From Lama glama (Eukaryota): a stretch of 64,000 bases of DNA. How positions within the stretch are numbered: the first letter of the stretch is position 1; the number at the start of each line of letters is the position of its first letter. The DNA lies in assembly GCA_028534125.1 (NCBI GenBank), contig CM052844.1, positions 13,206,001 through 13,270,000 of the forward strand, given 5' to 3'. The position numbers were made by a program, and so were the translations under genes. Shown piece by piece: positions 37,421-49,738 of this stretch. The notes under the pieces are model-generated. The model was not told where the DNA came from and searched no databases. It saw only the letters and a program-made list of their open reading frames with translations.

Positions 37421-39699
37421 CTAGCATTTAAGTGGTAAGACATATTTTTGTCCAGCTTCCATGGTAGCACAATTTTAAAATAACTGATAGGACCCAAACT
37501 CTTCTATATATTTATAAAAAATATACTCCTAGTACGGATCACTGATGTCTACCGAATGTGTCATCATTGTGATCCTTCCGTGCTGTTCCATGAAAATAGC
37601 AAATACTAAACCCCGTGCCAGTGGCAGGAGGCATCAGTCACTTAATATTCTAGGCTGGACTTCGAAGATGTTCAACCCTGGACAGTAACATGTGTAAAGA
37701 GCATACCCCTCCTGTGCTACGTTTTCTTTACAAATAATTTGCTTTTAAAGTCGGAGGATTTTGATGACTGTTTGACTTAATGGTGATAACTGAACTACTC
37801 CTAACAGCCTAAGCACTTCTTAATTGCATATTTCAGTGGCACACTTAACATAAAGCATGAGTCATCTATAGATGGCTGTAGCCTTAAGCCAAAAAGCAGA
37901 AGGGAGTGCATCTGGATTTACAAGCCCTTAGTTTTATTATTCCTTAGTTTCCATGACTGTGATAAGAATGAAACTGATACAATTGTTTGCTGATTTACTA
38001 AATCGATAATTGGAGCTTTGAAAATCCAAAACAGAAGAAATGCCTGTCCTTTTTCCCCAGGGCCTTTATGAGAGCTAGACTAGAATTATAAATTATTCCA
38101 GGATCTTACTAAGCAGTGGTGATGTCTATAAGTCTACAGCACAAACCAAATAAGAACTTCCTAACACTACAAAAGCATTGGCTTTTATTTTTCACCTCTC
38201 TTAGGAAGCAGGGACCTGGGACAGAGCCCCAGTCAGAGCCGTTTTCTTATCCATCCACGTTCATCCTGCTTGCTATCAACTTTCATGGCAAGCACATTTT
38301 TAGTGGATCACGCGTGGCAATTTATGCTTAAAGATCCTCTTAGGAAGATTTCTTCAGTTGAGTGGAAGCTCTTCTACAAAAAGTTAGGAGATTCTGTAAA
38401 ACTAAAGAGAATATACTATGTCTCTGAATGCCTGTAAGTTACTGCTGGCATTGCAAGTTCCTATTGGGGAAGAAAAGAGCATTCAGATAACTTGAAGCTC
38501 TATTTTATCGACAACTTGGAATGCAGAGGATTTTATTTTTCAGCTTCTAAAATTTGGAACCAAATAATACCGTTTTCCAAAGCTGGATGTGCTCTTTGGG
38601 AGCTCAGTTTGTCTGCTGGAAATATCAAAACAACTTGTTAAAACTTCTGGCTCAGAACACTACTGTTTTTGTTGATCTGTGATTAGATGACATGATCAAT
38701 CTCTGTTGGTAAATTCCCTCTCTCTCTGTCTCTCTAACTTGGTGAAGGTTTAAATATTTCCAGGAGAGATGCATTTTTCTAGTCTTACGCTGACAGTTTC
38801 ATTCCAAATGTCTCCTAAGAGTCAAATACCAAATACAGGATGGACCTTCATCCTTCTCACTTTCATACACTTTGGAATCGATGTGGACACTCTCCCCATA
38901 TCGTGTCCCTTCAGCAACAGCAAGAAAGCCTGCTCAGCACTGAGCTGTTAGAGTCTTCTAATTACTTTGGTGATTTCACTCACTCATCACTCACGTTCAC
39001 TCTGGTTTCACGCAGAACCAGAAGCCACATCTCACCCTTGTATCCTCCTGTCAGCCCCTGGATTTTGGTAGGATGCTGCGCTGCGATCAGTCTGAGACCT
39101 TCCTGGCACAGGAGGGTGAGTGGAGCGGGTGGTGAGGGGCAGGGTCCCCTCTGTTTCAGGGGGTGGTCAGCCCCTAGGAGACTTTGTAGTCACTGGCCCA
39201 GCGTGCTGCTGTGAAGAATGAATGCGTGTTATGCATCTAGAAGACGATAAGGAAAAGGATGGGTAGATGAGGTAAGGAGTTCAAGGTTCAAGAATTAGAT
39301 TTAAATCTCCTTGTTGCAAATATTCTTATATACTTTTTACACATTTCCTCCTACTTTGCCACCTCAGTAAATATAGTAAATGGTGATCACGATCAGCTTT
39401 CTAAGACGTGTGAGATTCCCCTTGTTTTTCTCGCCATATTGAATGTCAGATTTCACGGACTGTTTGTCCAGGACCCGCGGCTCTACCTACCGGTCAGCAG
39501 CCCTGTTGCTTGCTTTTTTAATACTCTTGATTCCATTGTTATTTTTTGCCATTTACACTTTTTGGAGGATCAACAATTTAAATGAAGGAAAACTAAGCCA
39601 GTTAATTGTGGCTTCCAGTTCCGATAAAATCAGTGAAGTTCCTTGGATTTTGAAATCTCAGTTGTATTTTGCTTTTTCTGGGCTATTGAATTACTATTG

Positions 39700-40330
39700 A
39701 ATTGAATTACTGTTTTTAAAATAAAAGTATATAAATTCATCTTTGTTTAGTGTAGAGTTCTGTAAGTTTTGACAAATAGTTACAGCCATAGAACCACCAT
39801 CACCACGAAGATTTAGAACACTTTCATCACCGTCCCACCAAGAAAAAATAAAAAATTCCCCTATGTCCCTTTGGTAGTCAGTCCTTCCCCCACTCTCAGT
39901 CCCCAGGTAACTGCTGTTCAGTGTTCTGTGTCTATAGTTTTAAATTTTTTAGTATGTCATTTAAATGGAATTATGGAATACGCAGCCTTTTGGATTTGGC
40001 TATTTTTAATCACCATAATGCATTTGAGATTTCTCTATATTGTTATTGTATCAGTAGGTCATTCTTTGGTATTGATGGGTAGGATTTACCTGTTGGTGAA
40101 TATTTGAATTTTTCCCAGTGTTTGGCAATCGTAAACATTTGTGTTTTATGGAACATATAAAAATCCTCTAGGAGAGAGATTGCTGGGGCGTACAGTCTGT
40201 ACTTAACTTTATGGGAAACTGCCTAAGTGCTGTCATCCAACGTAGCTGTGCACTTTGCATTCCCACCAGCGACACACGGGAGTTCCAGCCGCTCCCCAAC
40301 CCCACCCACACGTGGTATTGTCTGTTTTTC
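39700..40330 (-). mobile_element. Old L1 3' region (L1MC/MD-like)
   Basis: agttctgtaagttttgacaaa...tagaacactttcatcac...aatggaattatggaatacgcagccttttgg...ctttgcattcccaccagc. Confidence 0.75.
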
Positions 40331-40724
40331 CCTCCTTCGCTGGATGATTTTTAAAATGAAGTAAACTATGTTGAAGCTAAACTATCCTAAGACACGTTTA
40401 GGAAGCCATCAATATTTTGTAAATCCTTGAGCCTTTACTCTTAAAATATTTTATAAAGCCACAAAAGAAATTTTCCAAAAGGACACCTTCCTTATAAGTA
40501 TTACAAATGACGGAGATATGTCAGTGACGACTGCTTCTTTCCATATTTTCTTCACTGACAAGTCGTAAGTGGCTTTTCAGTTGCTTGTTAGTTGAGAAGG
40601 ACGAAGCAGGAGGAGTAATTGACTAATGGGACGGGGGGACAGGACTAGAGAGGGGACAACTGGGCTTAGGCATTGACACTTTCAAATGATGTCCTACAAG
40701 CAAATCTCCACGATAAGTTGTGAA

Positions 40725-40990
40725 CATAACTATTTCCTGTTCTCTGAGTGCGTGCTATGGCCGGATACCGCATAATAAGCTCTTTTTATGCATTATCCCA
40801 TTTAATTGTCCTGTACCTGTGAGGAAGGTGTTTTCATCTGGATTTTTCAACTGAGGAAGTTAAAGCCTAAGGGAGTTTAAAAATGCTCCCAAGGCTGCCC
40901 AGCTAGTGAGGAAGTAGAATAGTCTCGTGGGCAACACTGACCGAGTCCCAAGCCCTCATTTTTAAGCCACGAAGTCACACTGCCTCTGTT
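40725..40990 (-). mobile_element. MIR SINE
   Basis: ctgagtgcgtgctatgg...ttatcccatttaatt...caactgaggaagttaaagcct...cccaaggctgcccagctagt. Confidence 0.65.
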
Positions 40991-41970
40991 GGTGGAATAA
41001 ATCTATTACAACAGCCTCTGCTCAGGCTCCTGAGGACACACCTGGGGACTCACAGCAGGAGTTACTTGACTGTTACTTAGTCACTTTCTTTGGAAAACCC
41101 CCACTACTAAATGAGCTTGAGTCCAAGAAACTAGGCTTCGAAATTGATTCTGAACTCAGCAGAAGGCAAACACAGGTTGGGATCCATGACCGTCATGACT
41201 GAGCTGTCTGCTTGACCTCAGCGGAGCTTCGTCTGTAAAATGGGAACAATAACTTTAGCCCCTTGAGGTGCTCCTGCGGATTATCAAGGGCCGCACACCC
41301 AGGGTGCGTGTGGTGGGCTCGCAACAGAGCCGCATCTCTCCTCCCCACTCTGCCCCACGTGGGGAGGGAGTCATGTGATCTGCACCTCCTGGCAGCTTAT
41401 CTGCTATCCTGGGCACTGGGTGAAACCTTCAGCTGTTTTTCAAAGTTTCAAATTATACCAATGGACTATGAAGATAGATCGTCTCATTACAAAGACAGTT
41501 GGATTTGGGGTCAGGTTTTTTGGATTCAAGTGATGGCGTTAATGTGTGATCTTGAAAAACATCACTTTTCTGTGACTTGGTTGCCTCATACATATATCTA
41601 GAAAGATATAAATATATAGGTAATAATTATACTACAGTGTGTTATGATGATTAATTTTGACACTATATGGAAGATAATTTTTTGGTAAATGGCACCATGC
41701 TTTGCCAGTAGTGTCTATTTGTACACTATGTTAGTACTAATATTTCAATCCTGTTATTCCCCAAACTAAATAGCTTTTATTTCATATCTAAGAGCTTTCT
41801 ATATCACTGGCTATGATATAAATCTATGTATGTATACAAATGAATAACATTTAGCAATGAATAGAATTAATTCTACTTAAAGTATCTCAGATTATTACTT
41901 GCAAATAGCTTTGAGTTGGGCTCTGCATTCAGATGCATTATTTTTTGAGATACTGCCCAATCATTTTCAG

Positions 41971-42051
41971 GTAAACTGCACAGTCACCTGAGATTTTTGC
42001 CAGCTGACACTGGATGTCACTGTTGTGTCGTGTAAAGCAACTGCAGAACAG
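41971..42051 (+). other. CCDC68: Candidate CCDC68 non-coding exon 2 (5' UTR)
   Basis: Acceptor tcattttcag at 41970, donor CAG|gtgtgc at 42051. Size and position are compatible with the short non-coding exon 2 recalled for human, but this cannot be verified here. Confidence 0.35.
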
Positions 42052-43069
42052 GTGTGCTATTTAGTATCGCTGACTCGGCCAGTCTCTTCAAGGGTTTGGA
42101 GATAGGTTAGCTTTTCCCCCTTCATATAACCTGATTACCCTTGTAGCACTTTTGTCATAATTTACTCTTTCAGTTTCTAATCTCTAAGGCCTCTGTAAGA
42201 GTGACCAAGAATGATGAAACCGATTTCAATATTGTTAACTTAGAACTGAGAATCTGAAAATTCAGAAGAGGTGCTAAAGCCATTCAGGGCTCTTGGTTGC
42301 TAATCAGAGTCATTGACTCTGGCTAACCTAAGTGGGAAAGGAATGTTTTGCAAGAATACAAAGCAGAACTGATGGGAAAACAAGATACGGAAACGGAAGA
42401 ATCCAGTGTCTTGGTGCCTCAGCCAAGATCAGTCCGTAGCAAAAGCAGGAGAGAGTGCTTCTGGAATTGCCACTGGACAGTGGGTACCATGCTGCTGTTC
42501 CTGCCACTGGACACAAAGCAGCACTCTGTACCAGAGTCCCTTCCTTCAAAGAGTCATGACGGAACAAGCCTGAGGGCCAGTCTCTTACCGGCATGTCCCG
42601 GTGGGAGGGTGCAGGCGGCTGGGTCTAGGACTGGTATCTGTGCTCCAGCCCCAGGGAGTGAGGAAGAACAAGTAAGAGATCCTTCCTGCACAGACTCATA
42701 TAGACGGTGAGCCCACCTACCTGGGAGGGAGCTCCAAGCCCAGCATCCACTATGGTGCTTTTCAATCAGCACCCGCAGACGTGAGTTGAGAATGCCGCTG
42801 GGTAGGCAACTGCCCTTTCTTGCTCCTTCCATGGGCTGACCGGAGTCAGCAACCCCATGGCCCCTGACAGCACCCCAGACTTTGCTGTACCCTGCCTTTC
42901 CTTCAACCCAGAGGGAGCCATACCAGGCAGGGCTAGACCTGTTTTAAGTGGTTAAGGAGAAAACTCCCTAGGCAAATTGAAAGTCTTAACAGGTTTCAGT
43001 CTGTTGAAAAAAAAAAAAAAAGGATAAAGTACACTGCGGACCTTTTTCTTAGAACATGACTTTAAGCAA

Positions 43070-43428
43070 GTTCCAGCCTCTGCTCTTTCTCTGCCCTTTG
43101 CCTGGAGTCCCCTTCTCCCACATGGCCACGCGGCTTCATTTCCTTTTATTCTAGTCTTTTGCTTAAATGCCACCTCTTCAGATTGGCGGTCTCTCCCCAC
43201 GCATCCAGAACAGCACCACTTTTTTTATTCTATTACCCTGCTCTACTCTTCTTCGTGACACTCGTCACCACCCCTGCTTGTGTTCCCCTTGTATGTATTG
43301 TTTCGTTTAATGTCCGCCTGCCCCTCTGTACTGCAAGTCCCGTGAGAGCAGGGTCTCTGACTCATTTCTGCGGCCGCGGCTCCTAACGCAGCTTCATTCT
43401 ATAAATATTTAAAACATGAATGAATGAA
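43070..43428 (+). mobile_element. L2 3' region
   Basis: cctctgcctggagt...gcttaaatgccacctcttcaga...gtgagagcagggtct...ataaatatttaaaacatgaatgaatgaa (L2 tail). Confidence 0.7.
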
Positions 43429-43485
43429 GGGTTAAACAGAGGAAGGAAACACCTTGATTAGAATCTCTAGACTATCAACAGTGCC

Positions 43486-43947
43486 TGTATTCGTCTCCTA
43501 AGGAGGCTAAAATACAGTACCACAAACTGAGTGGTTTTAACGTGGTACTTCCTTGTCTCACGGTTCCGGGGGCTAGAAGTTCAAGATCAGGGTGCTGGCA
43601 GGGCTGGTTCCTTGAAGGCTGTAAGGAGGAATTTGGTCCATGCTCCGCCCCCAGCGTCTGGTCCTTTCCTGGCAATCTTCGGTGTTCCTGGGCTTGTGGA
43701 AGCATTGCCTTGATCTTCGCCTTCAACGTCAAGTGGAGTTCTCCTCGTATGCATCTGTGTCCAAATTTCCCCTATTTACAAGGACATCAGTTATAGCGGA
43801 TTAGGGGCCACCCTACTCCGGTCCGATCTCATTTTACCTAATTAGGTCTGCAACGGCCCTATTTCCAAATAATGTCCCATTCTGAGGTCCTGGGGTTAGG
43901 ACTTCAACGTATGAATGGAAGAGGGGTACAAAACTTACTCCACAACG
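43486..43947 (-). mobile_element. MaLR solo LTR (MLT1B/C-like)
   Basis: taccacaaactgagtgg...ggctagaagttcaagatcaggg...aaggacatcagt...ggattaggggccaccctactcc...ctatttccaaataa...ggttaggacttcaac. Confidence 0.85.
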
Positions 43948-44344
43948 GTACCTTATATGTGTTTATTCAAATGGTTGAGCCATCCTTATGTCATTAATCA
44001 GAGAAGTAGGTTTAGTTACATAATCTGGGGTGTCCAGAGATGTGTTGGTTTATCCGATGGATTATAATACACAATCGTGTATGAATTGCTTTGTGGTCAA
44101 AAATGATGGTAAATTGTTCATCAGATGTGAGCATAATCAGTTGGGGATGTTGACAAATTATTGATGCATTGTGCTGTTTTCAAGGAAAGAATACCATGGA
44201 TTTGCTAGTCTTAAAAGACCCCAAAGCAGATTTTTTTCCTTTATAGCCCAGCTCAATCTGCAGACTGTTTGCAGTATTACCTGATTCTTCACTACCACTC
44301 AGACTGCTTGTCAACAGTAATTGTGGGTAATGGTTTTATATCTC

Positions 44345-44580
44345 ATTTACTTATTTGACAAACATGTACAAATCATTTATTATGTGCTGAGCATTAAGGG
44401 CCTGACAAATGTTAACTCACAAACAACCATATGTTGTTTATTATTTACATTATTATTGTTAATGATATTATCTGAATTTTACAGAAACTGAGGCACAGAG
44501 AGGTTAAGGAACTTGCCCCAGGTCACACAGCTACTGAGTGGCAGCCAGGCCCTGAAACTAGACAGTCTGCTTCCCAACCT
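44345..44580 (-). mobile_element. MIR SINE
   Basis: tttacagaaactgaggcacagagaggttaaggaacttgccccaggtcacacagcta. Confidence 0.8.
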
Positions 44581-46714
44581 TTTAGTTGTAGAATGATCTT
44601 TCTTCACAGAAAGCCTCATGGAAAAATTCAGTGTGTGACAGAACAAAGCAGAGCTGCTTTTGGTTCAAGTCCAGACGGCGAAGCCTTGTCTGCTCAGCAC
44701 CTCCCCTGCCCCCTGGGAGCCCTGTTTGAAAAGCCTTGATCTAGGAAATAATACCTTTTGGCGTGATGCCACTTGTAAGCTGTCTTCAATCCACTCTAGC
44801 ATAAAACAAATGAAATTCTTTTCTCACTTTAATTAACTGATTGTGTTTTATTTTGAGAATTTTATCTGCCTAATCTACTTCTGGCAGAAATAAAATGCTA
44901 AGATGGATTTTTCCCAGGACGGTAATGCCATATGGCAATTTGGACTTTGCTGGCTTAAGTTCCCCTTGGGTTTCTTTCTACAAATGAAGGGCTGTGGTCG
45001 TGAAAGTTTTCTGAACCAGAAGAGAGAAATGGGATTTGATTTCATACAAATAGAGTTGCACATAAACTTTGCAACCAGATAGGCATGAGCCACCTCCTCT
45101 GTTGCAGACTGCTTATTTTCTGTGGTTGTTCATGGTATAAAATAATCTGAGCAGCAGTATTAATAGTTACTGTCCACTGAGTGGGATTTTTTTAAAAAAC
45201 CCTCATTTTTACAACTCTAGGTGTTATCACCCCATTTTACAGATATGTAAGTTGAGGCTAAGATTTTATGTAATTTGTTTAAGATGGCACAACCAGCGAG
45301 GGAAGAAGGTAGGATGTTTTGAGAAATATCAGTGATTAAGGAGCAGAATTTTTTGATATTAAGAATAAAGGACACATAAGAGAATATCTTTTAGGATAAA
45401 TAATGTGAGGCCTGATGCTTATTGTCTCTGTGGATGTTTATTTTGCTTCCAGGATTTAAATGTTGTTTTGGACTAAGAACTGAATCCCAGAGAGACTTCA
45501 GAGGCCTGAGTAACAGAAGTAGTTCCCCTTAAGTTCTGCTAAGACAGGAGCAGAGCTGCGGCTGCCAAGTCAAATTCTGCTGAAACAAATAGAAGCCGTA
45601 GTGGCCTTTCTAAGAGGATTTAACATAAAATGGAAAATTCTTGGCATACTCTGCCAGTTTCATTGAAGATTAAAGGATAAATGCAGGACTTTGAGGCATC
45701 CCCAGAAGCTATCTAGTTTTAAAGTGATGCTAGCAAATAGGAAAATTCTTTGTATATTCTGACAGCATAGGTCACTGCTAAATTTTAAATTTTTTTTTTT
45801 CCTCACTAGGGAACCTGGCCTCAATGTGATAGAGACACCCTTGATCTCGGTGACAAAAAGAAGAACGTTTGAGTTTCAGCTCTGTTAGCTTTACTGTGAT
45901 CTTGGGTACGTTAATTCACTTACAAGACTCTTCCTTATCAGTAAAAAGAGATTAATCGTGCTACCCCACAGGGCTTTTATTTTATTTTATTTTTTAGTTC
46001 TTTCCGATTTATTATGAAAATTTCAAACAGAAACAAAGTAGTAGAGGAACATAGNNNNNNNNNNNNNNNNNNNNNNNNNNNNNNNNNNNNNNNNNNNNNN
46101 NNNNNNNNNNNNNNNNNNNNNNNNNNNNNNNNNNNNNNNNNNNNNNNNNNNNNNNNNNNNNNNNNNNNNNNNNNNNNNNNNNNNNNNNNNNNNNNNNNNN
46201 NNNNNNNNNNNNNNNNNNNNNNNNNNNNNNNNNNNNNNNNNNNNNNNNNNNNNNNNNNNNNNNNNNNNNNNNNNNNNNNNNNNNNNNNNNNNNNNNNNNN
46301 NNNNNNNNNNNNNNNNNNNNNNNNNNNNNNNNNNNNNNNNNNNNNNNNNNNNNNNNNNNNNNNNNNNNNNNNNNNNNNNNNNNNNNNNNNNNNNNNNNNN
46401 NNNNNNNNNNNNNNNNNNNNNNNNNNNNNNNNNNNNNNNNNNNNNNNNNNNNNNNNNNNNNNNNNNNNNNNNNNNNNNNNNNNNNNNNNNNNNNNNNNNN
46501 NNNNNNNNNNNNNNNNNNNNNNNNNNNNNNNNNNNNNNNNNNNNNNNNNNNNNNTTTTTTTTGGACAGATGGAAAAATTTGGACATTATTAGTTTGTAAC
46601 TTTTTCAGGTTGATTAGTTCATCTTTGAGTGTCTTGCAATTCCATAGAGCACCAAGACATGGGGCTTTTATTTCATGTATACATTTGTATGATCTCCTCT
46701 GAATGATTATTCTC

Positions 46715-46930
46715 TAGTAATTACTAAATAGTAATTATTCCCTAGTAATGACTACATAGCTATTATATTGTGATAATTACTAGATAGTAATTATTTTGTA
46801 GTGATTACTAAATAGTAATTGTTTTATAGTAATTACTAATAGTAAATTAGTACTAAATTACTATATAGAAAAAAAGAACTAAAGAGTATTACGTACTAAT
46901 TACTAAATAGTAATTATTTTGTAGTATAAT
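46715..46930. repeat. AT-rich 28-bp minisatellite built on the palindrome TAGTAATTACTA
   Basis: Units start at 46715, 46743, 46771, 46799, 46827 (degenerate) and 46894. Consensus is about TAGTAATTACTAAATAGTAATTATTTTG. Confidence 0.85.
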
Positions 46931-47172
46931 ATTCACTGAGGCTATATTTTATGTTTGACTAAGAAAGGGTTATAAAGACCAAATGCACATTTTCTGCAAT
47001 GTATACAAGATAAGCCTCCTTGCAAGTTAGGTTGATGGCGGTTATTTAAATCCGAGATCCTAGTATATGTACTACTTTCTAAATAAATTAGGCACCCTGT
47101 GGCTGGTGTAGAGACAAAAAAAAAGTATTGGGGATTAAATGCCTTTGAAAAACATTTTTTTTTTCCTTTTAG

Positions 47173-47259
47173 ATTCGAACTACTCTGGAAAAGATCCGAA
47201 ATCAAATATTTAAGGATGAAATAAGACAGAACAGGACAAATTGCAAACTAGATGCAAAG
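47173..47259 (+). CDS. CCDC68: CCDC68 coding exon (87 nt, phase 0-0): IRTTLEKIRNQIFKDEIRQNRTNCKLDAK
   Basis: Acceptor ttttccttttag at 47172, donor AAG|gtaatg. Matches the recalled human segment IRTTLQKIRTQMFKDEIRHDSTNHKLDAK. Not present in the ORF track. Confidence 0.93.
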
Positions 47260-47671
47260 GTAATGAATTTATCAGAATGCACCACGTTTATTCCTTCATC
47301 ATAAAGCCATGTAGACTTTATTTAGATGACTTTTTTTGATGATTATGGAATCTTTTCTTGGTATCTAAAGATGTTAACCGGCATATGTATGAAATGTTTA
47401 ACCACAGATGTCACTAGTAGGGTGAGATTGGAATGTCCAGATCTTGCTTGAATATTTTAAACTTAGCTTACTTATCTAAAGTATATGGGAAGACGTTGGC
47501 CCAGCCAGGAGACATGGCAGCAACATTTCCGAATGACAGACAGGGTACAACCTTTTAGGCTCACTTGGGCCGCACCAGTGGACACACAGTTGAAGCCGTG
47601 ATGCTAGTGATCAGACAGTCAATAAGCTTAACTCACCCCTTTCCCGGTGATCAGCCTTTTATTCTCAAGAT

Positions 47672-48133
47672 TGTGAATGACAAATACTGCAAGCTGTATC
47701 AGTAAACAAAGAATGCTAAAGCCATCAAGTCATCAGCAGCTGCTGCCACCCCTCAGTGAAGACAAGCCTGCAGCTCAGCCTCTGCAGCCACTCACAACGG
47801 TGCCCTCTGAGGGCACTCAGAATAAGAAAGGACAGGACACTGGCCCTCGATAGCTAAATGCTCATTAAAAGAATGCTTTCAATGAGCCCAGATGTTTGCT
47901 CCTTCCCATGCATAGAAAAGCACTAAATTCTAAAACCAGATGCCTGGTTTTCTTGTTCCAACTACCTGGTCTTTGTTGTAAAACTCCTATGTATCCTAGC
48001 TCTTCCCCTACCTCTTCAGCGCAGTCCCTCAGAGCGATCTGAGAGGCTGTCATCCCGGGCTGAGTCCTCAGAATTGTCCACCGAATAATACATAACTCTC
48101 AGCTTTGAGGCTGTGCATATATTTAAGTTGACA
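47672..48133 (+). mobile_element. ERV1-class solo LTR (MER41-like)
   Basis: TG...CA termini with a perfect 4-bp TSD agat (47668-47671 / 48134-48137). R/U5-like end cagtccctcagagcgatctgagaggctgtc...ccgaataatacataactc...gttgaca. Confidence 0.85.
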
Positions 48134-48499
48134 AGATAAGCAATCTGCACTCAGCCTTGTCTGGATTGTGCCAGGTTAAGCCTCACCTGAGCCACAGGCA
48201 CCTCATTAGTGTCAGTGTCATCACGATGTAGGGTGGCCACAGAGAACATGGGGACACAGGGTCTGAGGCATGAACAAAGTCTCGCTAGTTGTCCTCGGCT
48301 CCCAGACTAACACAGCCAGCCCCAGTTATCGTCTCCAATTAAGTGCTCTGAAACTGGACGGAAGGTGAACGCTTGCAAATGAGAGGGAAGATCAAACATT
48401 CAGGTCTGACTTTGTTGGGTTGCCTGTTCGACTTCCAAGGGGAAGATTCTGGCGGAAGGCTGGATATCTGATTCTGGAGTTGAGGGTAGTGGTCTGCGC

Positions 48500-49350
48500 T
48501 GGAAGGTCCAGGCTGTGGGGCAGAGATTTGCGGAGTAAGGATGGTATTGAAAGTTCCCAAACTGGAGGAGATCGCCAAACATACGGGAGTGGTTAGAAAT
48601 GAGAGAAAATTTAAGCACCGAGTCCTGAGATTTCCAACAGTTAGATGCTGGGAAGAAGCAGCAGTGCTGACGAAGGCAGGTTCACGAGCCCCACGCACCC
48701 TGAGGCTGAACAAACGGAAGCCTCTGGAAACCTCGGAGTTTGGAGCAGAGAAAGGTTTACTGCAGGGCCTGCAGGGCCAGGTAAGGAGGTCAGGGCCAAG
48801 ATAATCCTGAACTCCCCAAAGGGTTTCAGTAAAGCATATTTAAAATCCAGATTAAGGTGGGGGGGAGTCGCAGGGTGTGTGATCAGCTTATGCACGATCC
48901 TCTGGTTGGTTGATGTTGCAATGACGGGGCAGTCCACCCCTAGGCGCCAGAAGGTCTGGGGGCTACGTGTTCTCCATCATCAAGTAGTTATTTCTTCCCT
49001 TTGGCGGTGGTTTTTTAGCATATGAAAAACTCGGGAAAAGTATCTGAGATACTATTATCTGGGCCCTTCAGGGAGGAGCTGCAGCAGAGGATGTGGGGGA
49101 GGGGTATGTCCCAGGAAGGCCCCACAGGGTCCTGCTGGGTTTTAACAGGAGTCTGAGAAGTGAGGCTAGTGAATTAGGAGGGAAAACAGAGGAGAAAGGA
49201 GTCAATGAAGACAGGCAGAAAAAGGGTTTCAGAAAGTGCCAAATGATGTTCTTGGGTCAAGTAAATTGAGGGCCAGTTATTGACCACTTGATATCACAGG
49301 GGGGAGGTTGTTGGTGACCTTGATAGGAGCAGCTTCATAGGAGTGCAGAT
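48500..49350 (-). mobile_element. L2 fragment split by the 48665-49147 LTR
   Basis: ggagatcgccaa...gagtcctgagatttccaacagttaga (left) and gagtctgagaagtgaggc...ggtcaagtaaattgaggg...ttggtgaccttgatagg (right) are L2 reverse-strand motifs. Confidence 0.6.
48665..49147 (-). mobile_element. Cetartiodactyl-type ERV1 solo LTR
   Basis: TG...CA termini with flanks gcag/ggag (degenerate 4-bp TSD). Motifs ggagtttggagcagagaaaggtttactgcagg and ggaaggccccacagggtcctgct. Confidence 0.75.
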
Positions 49351-49738
49351 AAATTGTTGTCAGTGTGTCTGCCTCGGCCATCTCAAACCACAGGTCAGCA
49401 GACAACTTAGATCAAACAAAAACAAACAGCTGGCTTTGTGGATATCATTTATCTTCTAAAAGGTCTCAAAAATATATTTAAAACTGTAGGGAATGTCAAG
49501 GGCATGAATGATGTACTTCTGGCCTCCTTTTCGCATTAGAATCTATTCAAATTTGGACAAATACAGAGGCCAGCTGCTTGATCTGGAATTTCCCGTTGAT
49601 AATGGAGATTAGAAAGATTTATTTGTGCCAACTTGAACCTTCCTTGCTGTGTGTAGTACTGGCTGATAGTTACTGGTGTCAAAGTTGGTTAAGGAAAGAA
49701 AACGTCAGGTCTGTGATCTTCCTGTTTGTTCATTTCAG

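Noticed and set aside
45440-45490. Acceptor-like ttttgcttccag followed by an ATG as the missing first coding exon
   Set aside because: It translates to MLFWTKN-stop, with no similarity to the CCDC68 N-terminus.
46014-46592. 192-aa and 187-aa ORFs (likewise ORFs at 22131-22567 and 30047-30640)
   Set aside because: Artefacts of translating through N gaps. The residual real residues are L1 ORF2 C-terminal remnants or noise.
46715-46930. Regularly spaced palindromic repeats as a CRISPR-like array
   Set aside because: The units are contiguous without unique spacers, the context is a mammalian intron, and there are no cas genes.
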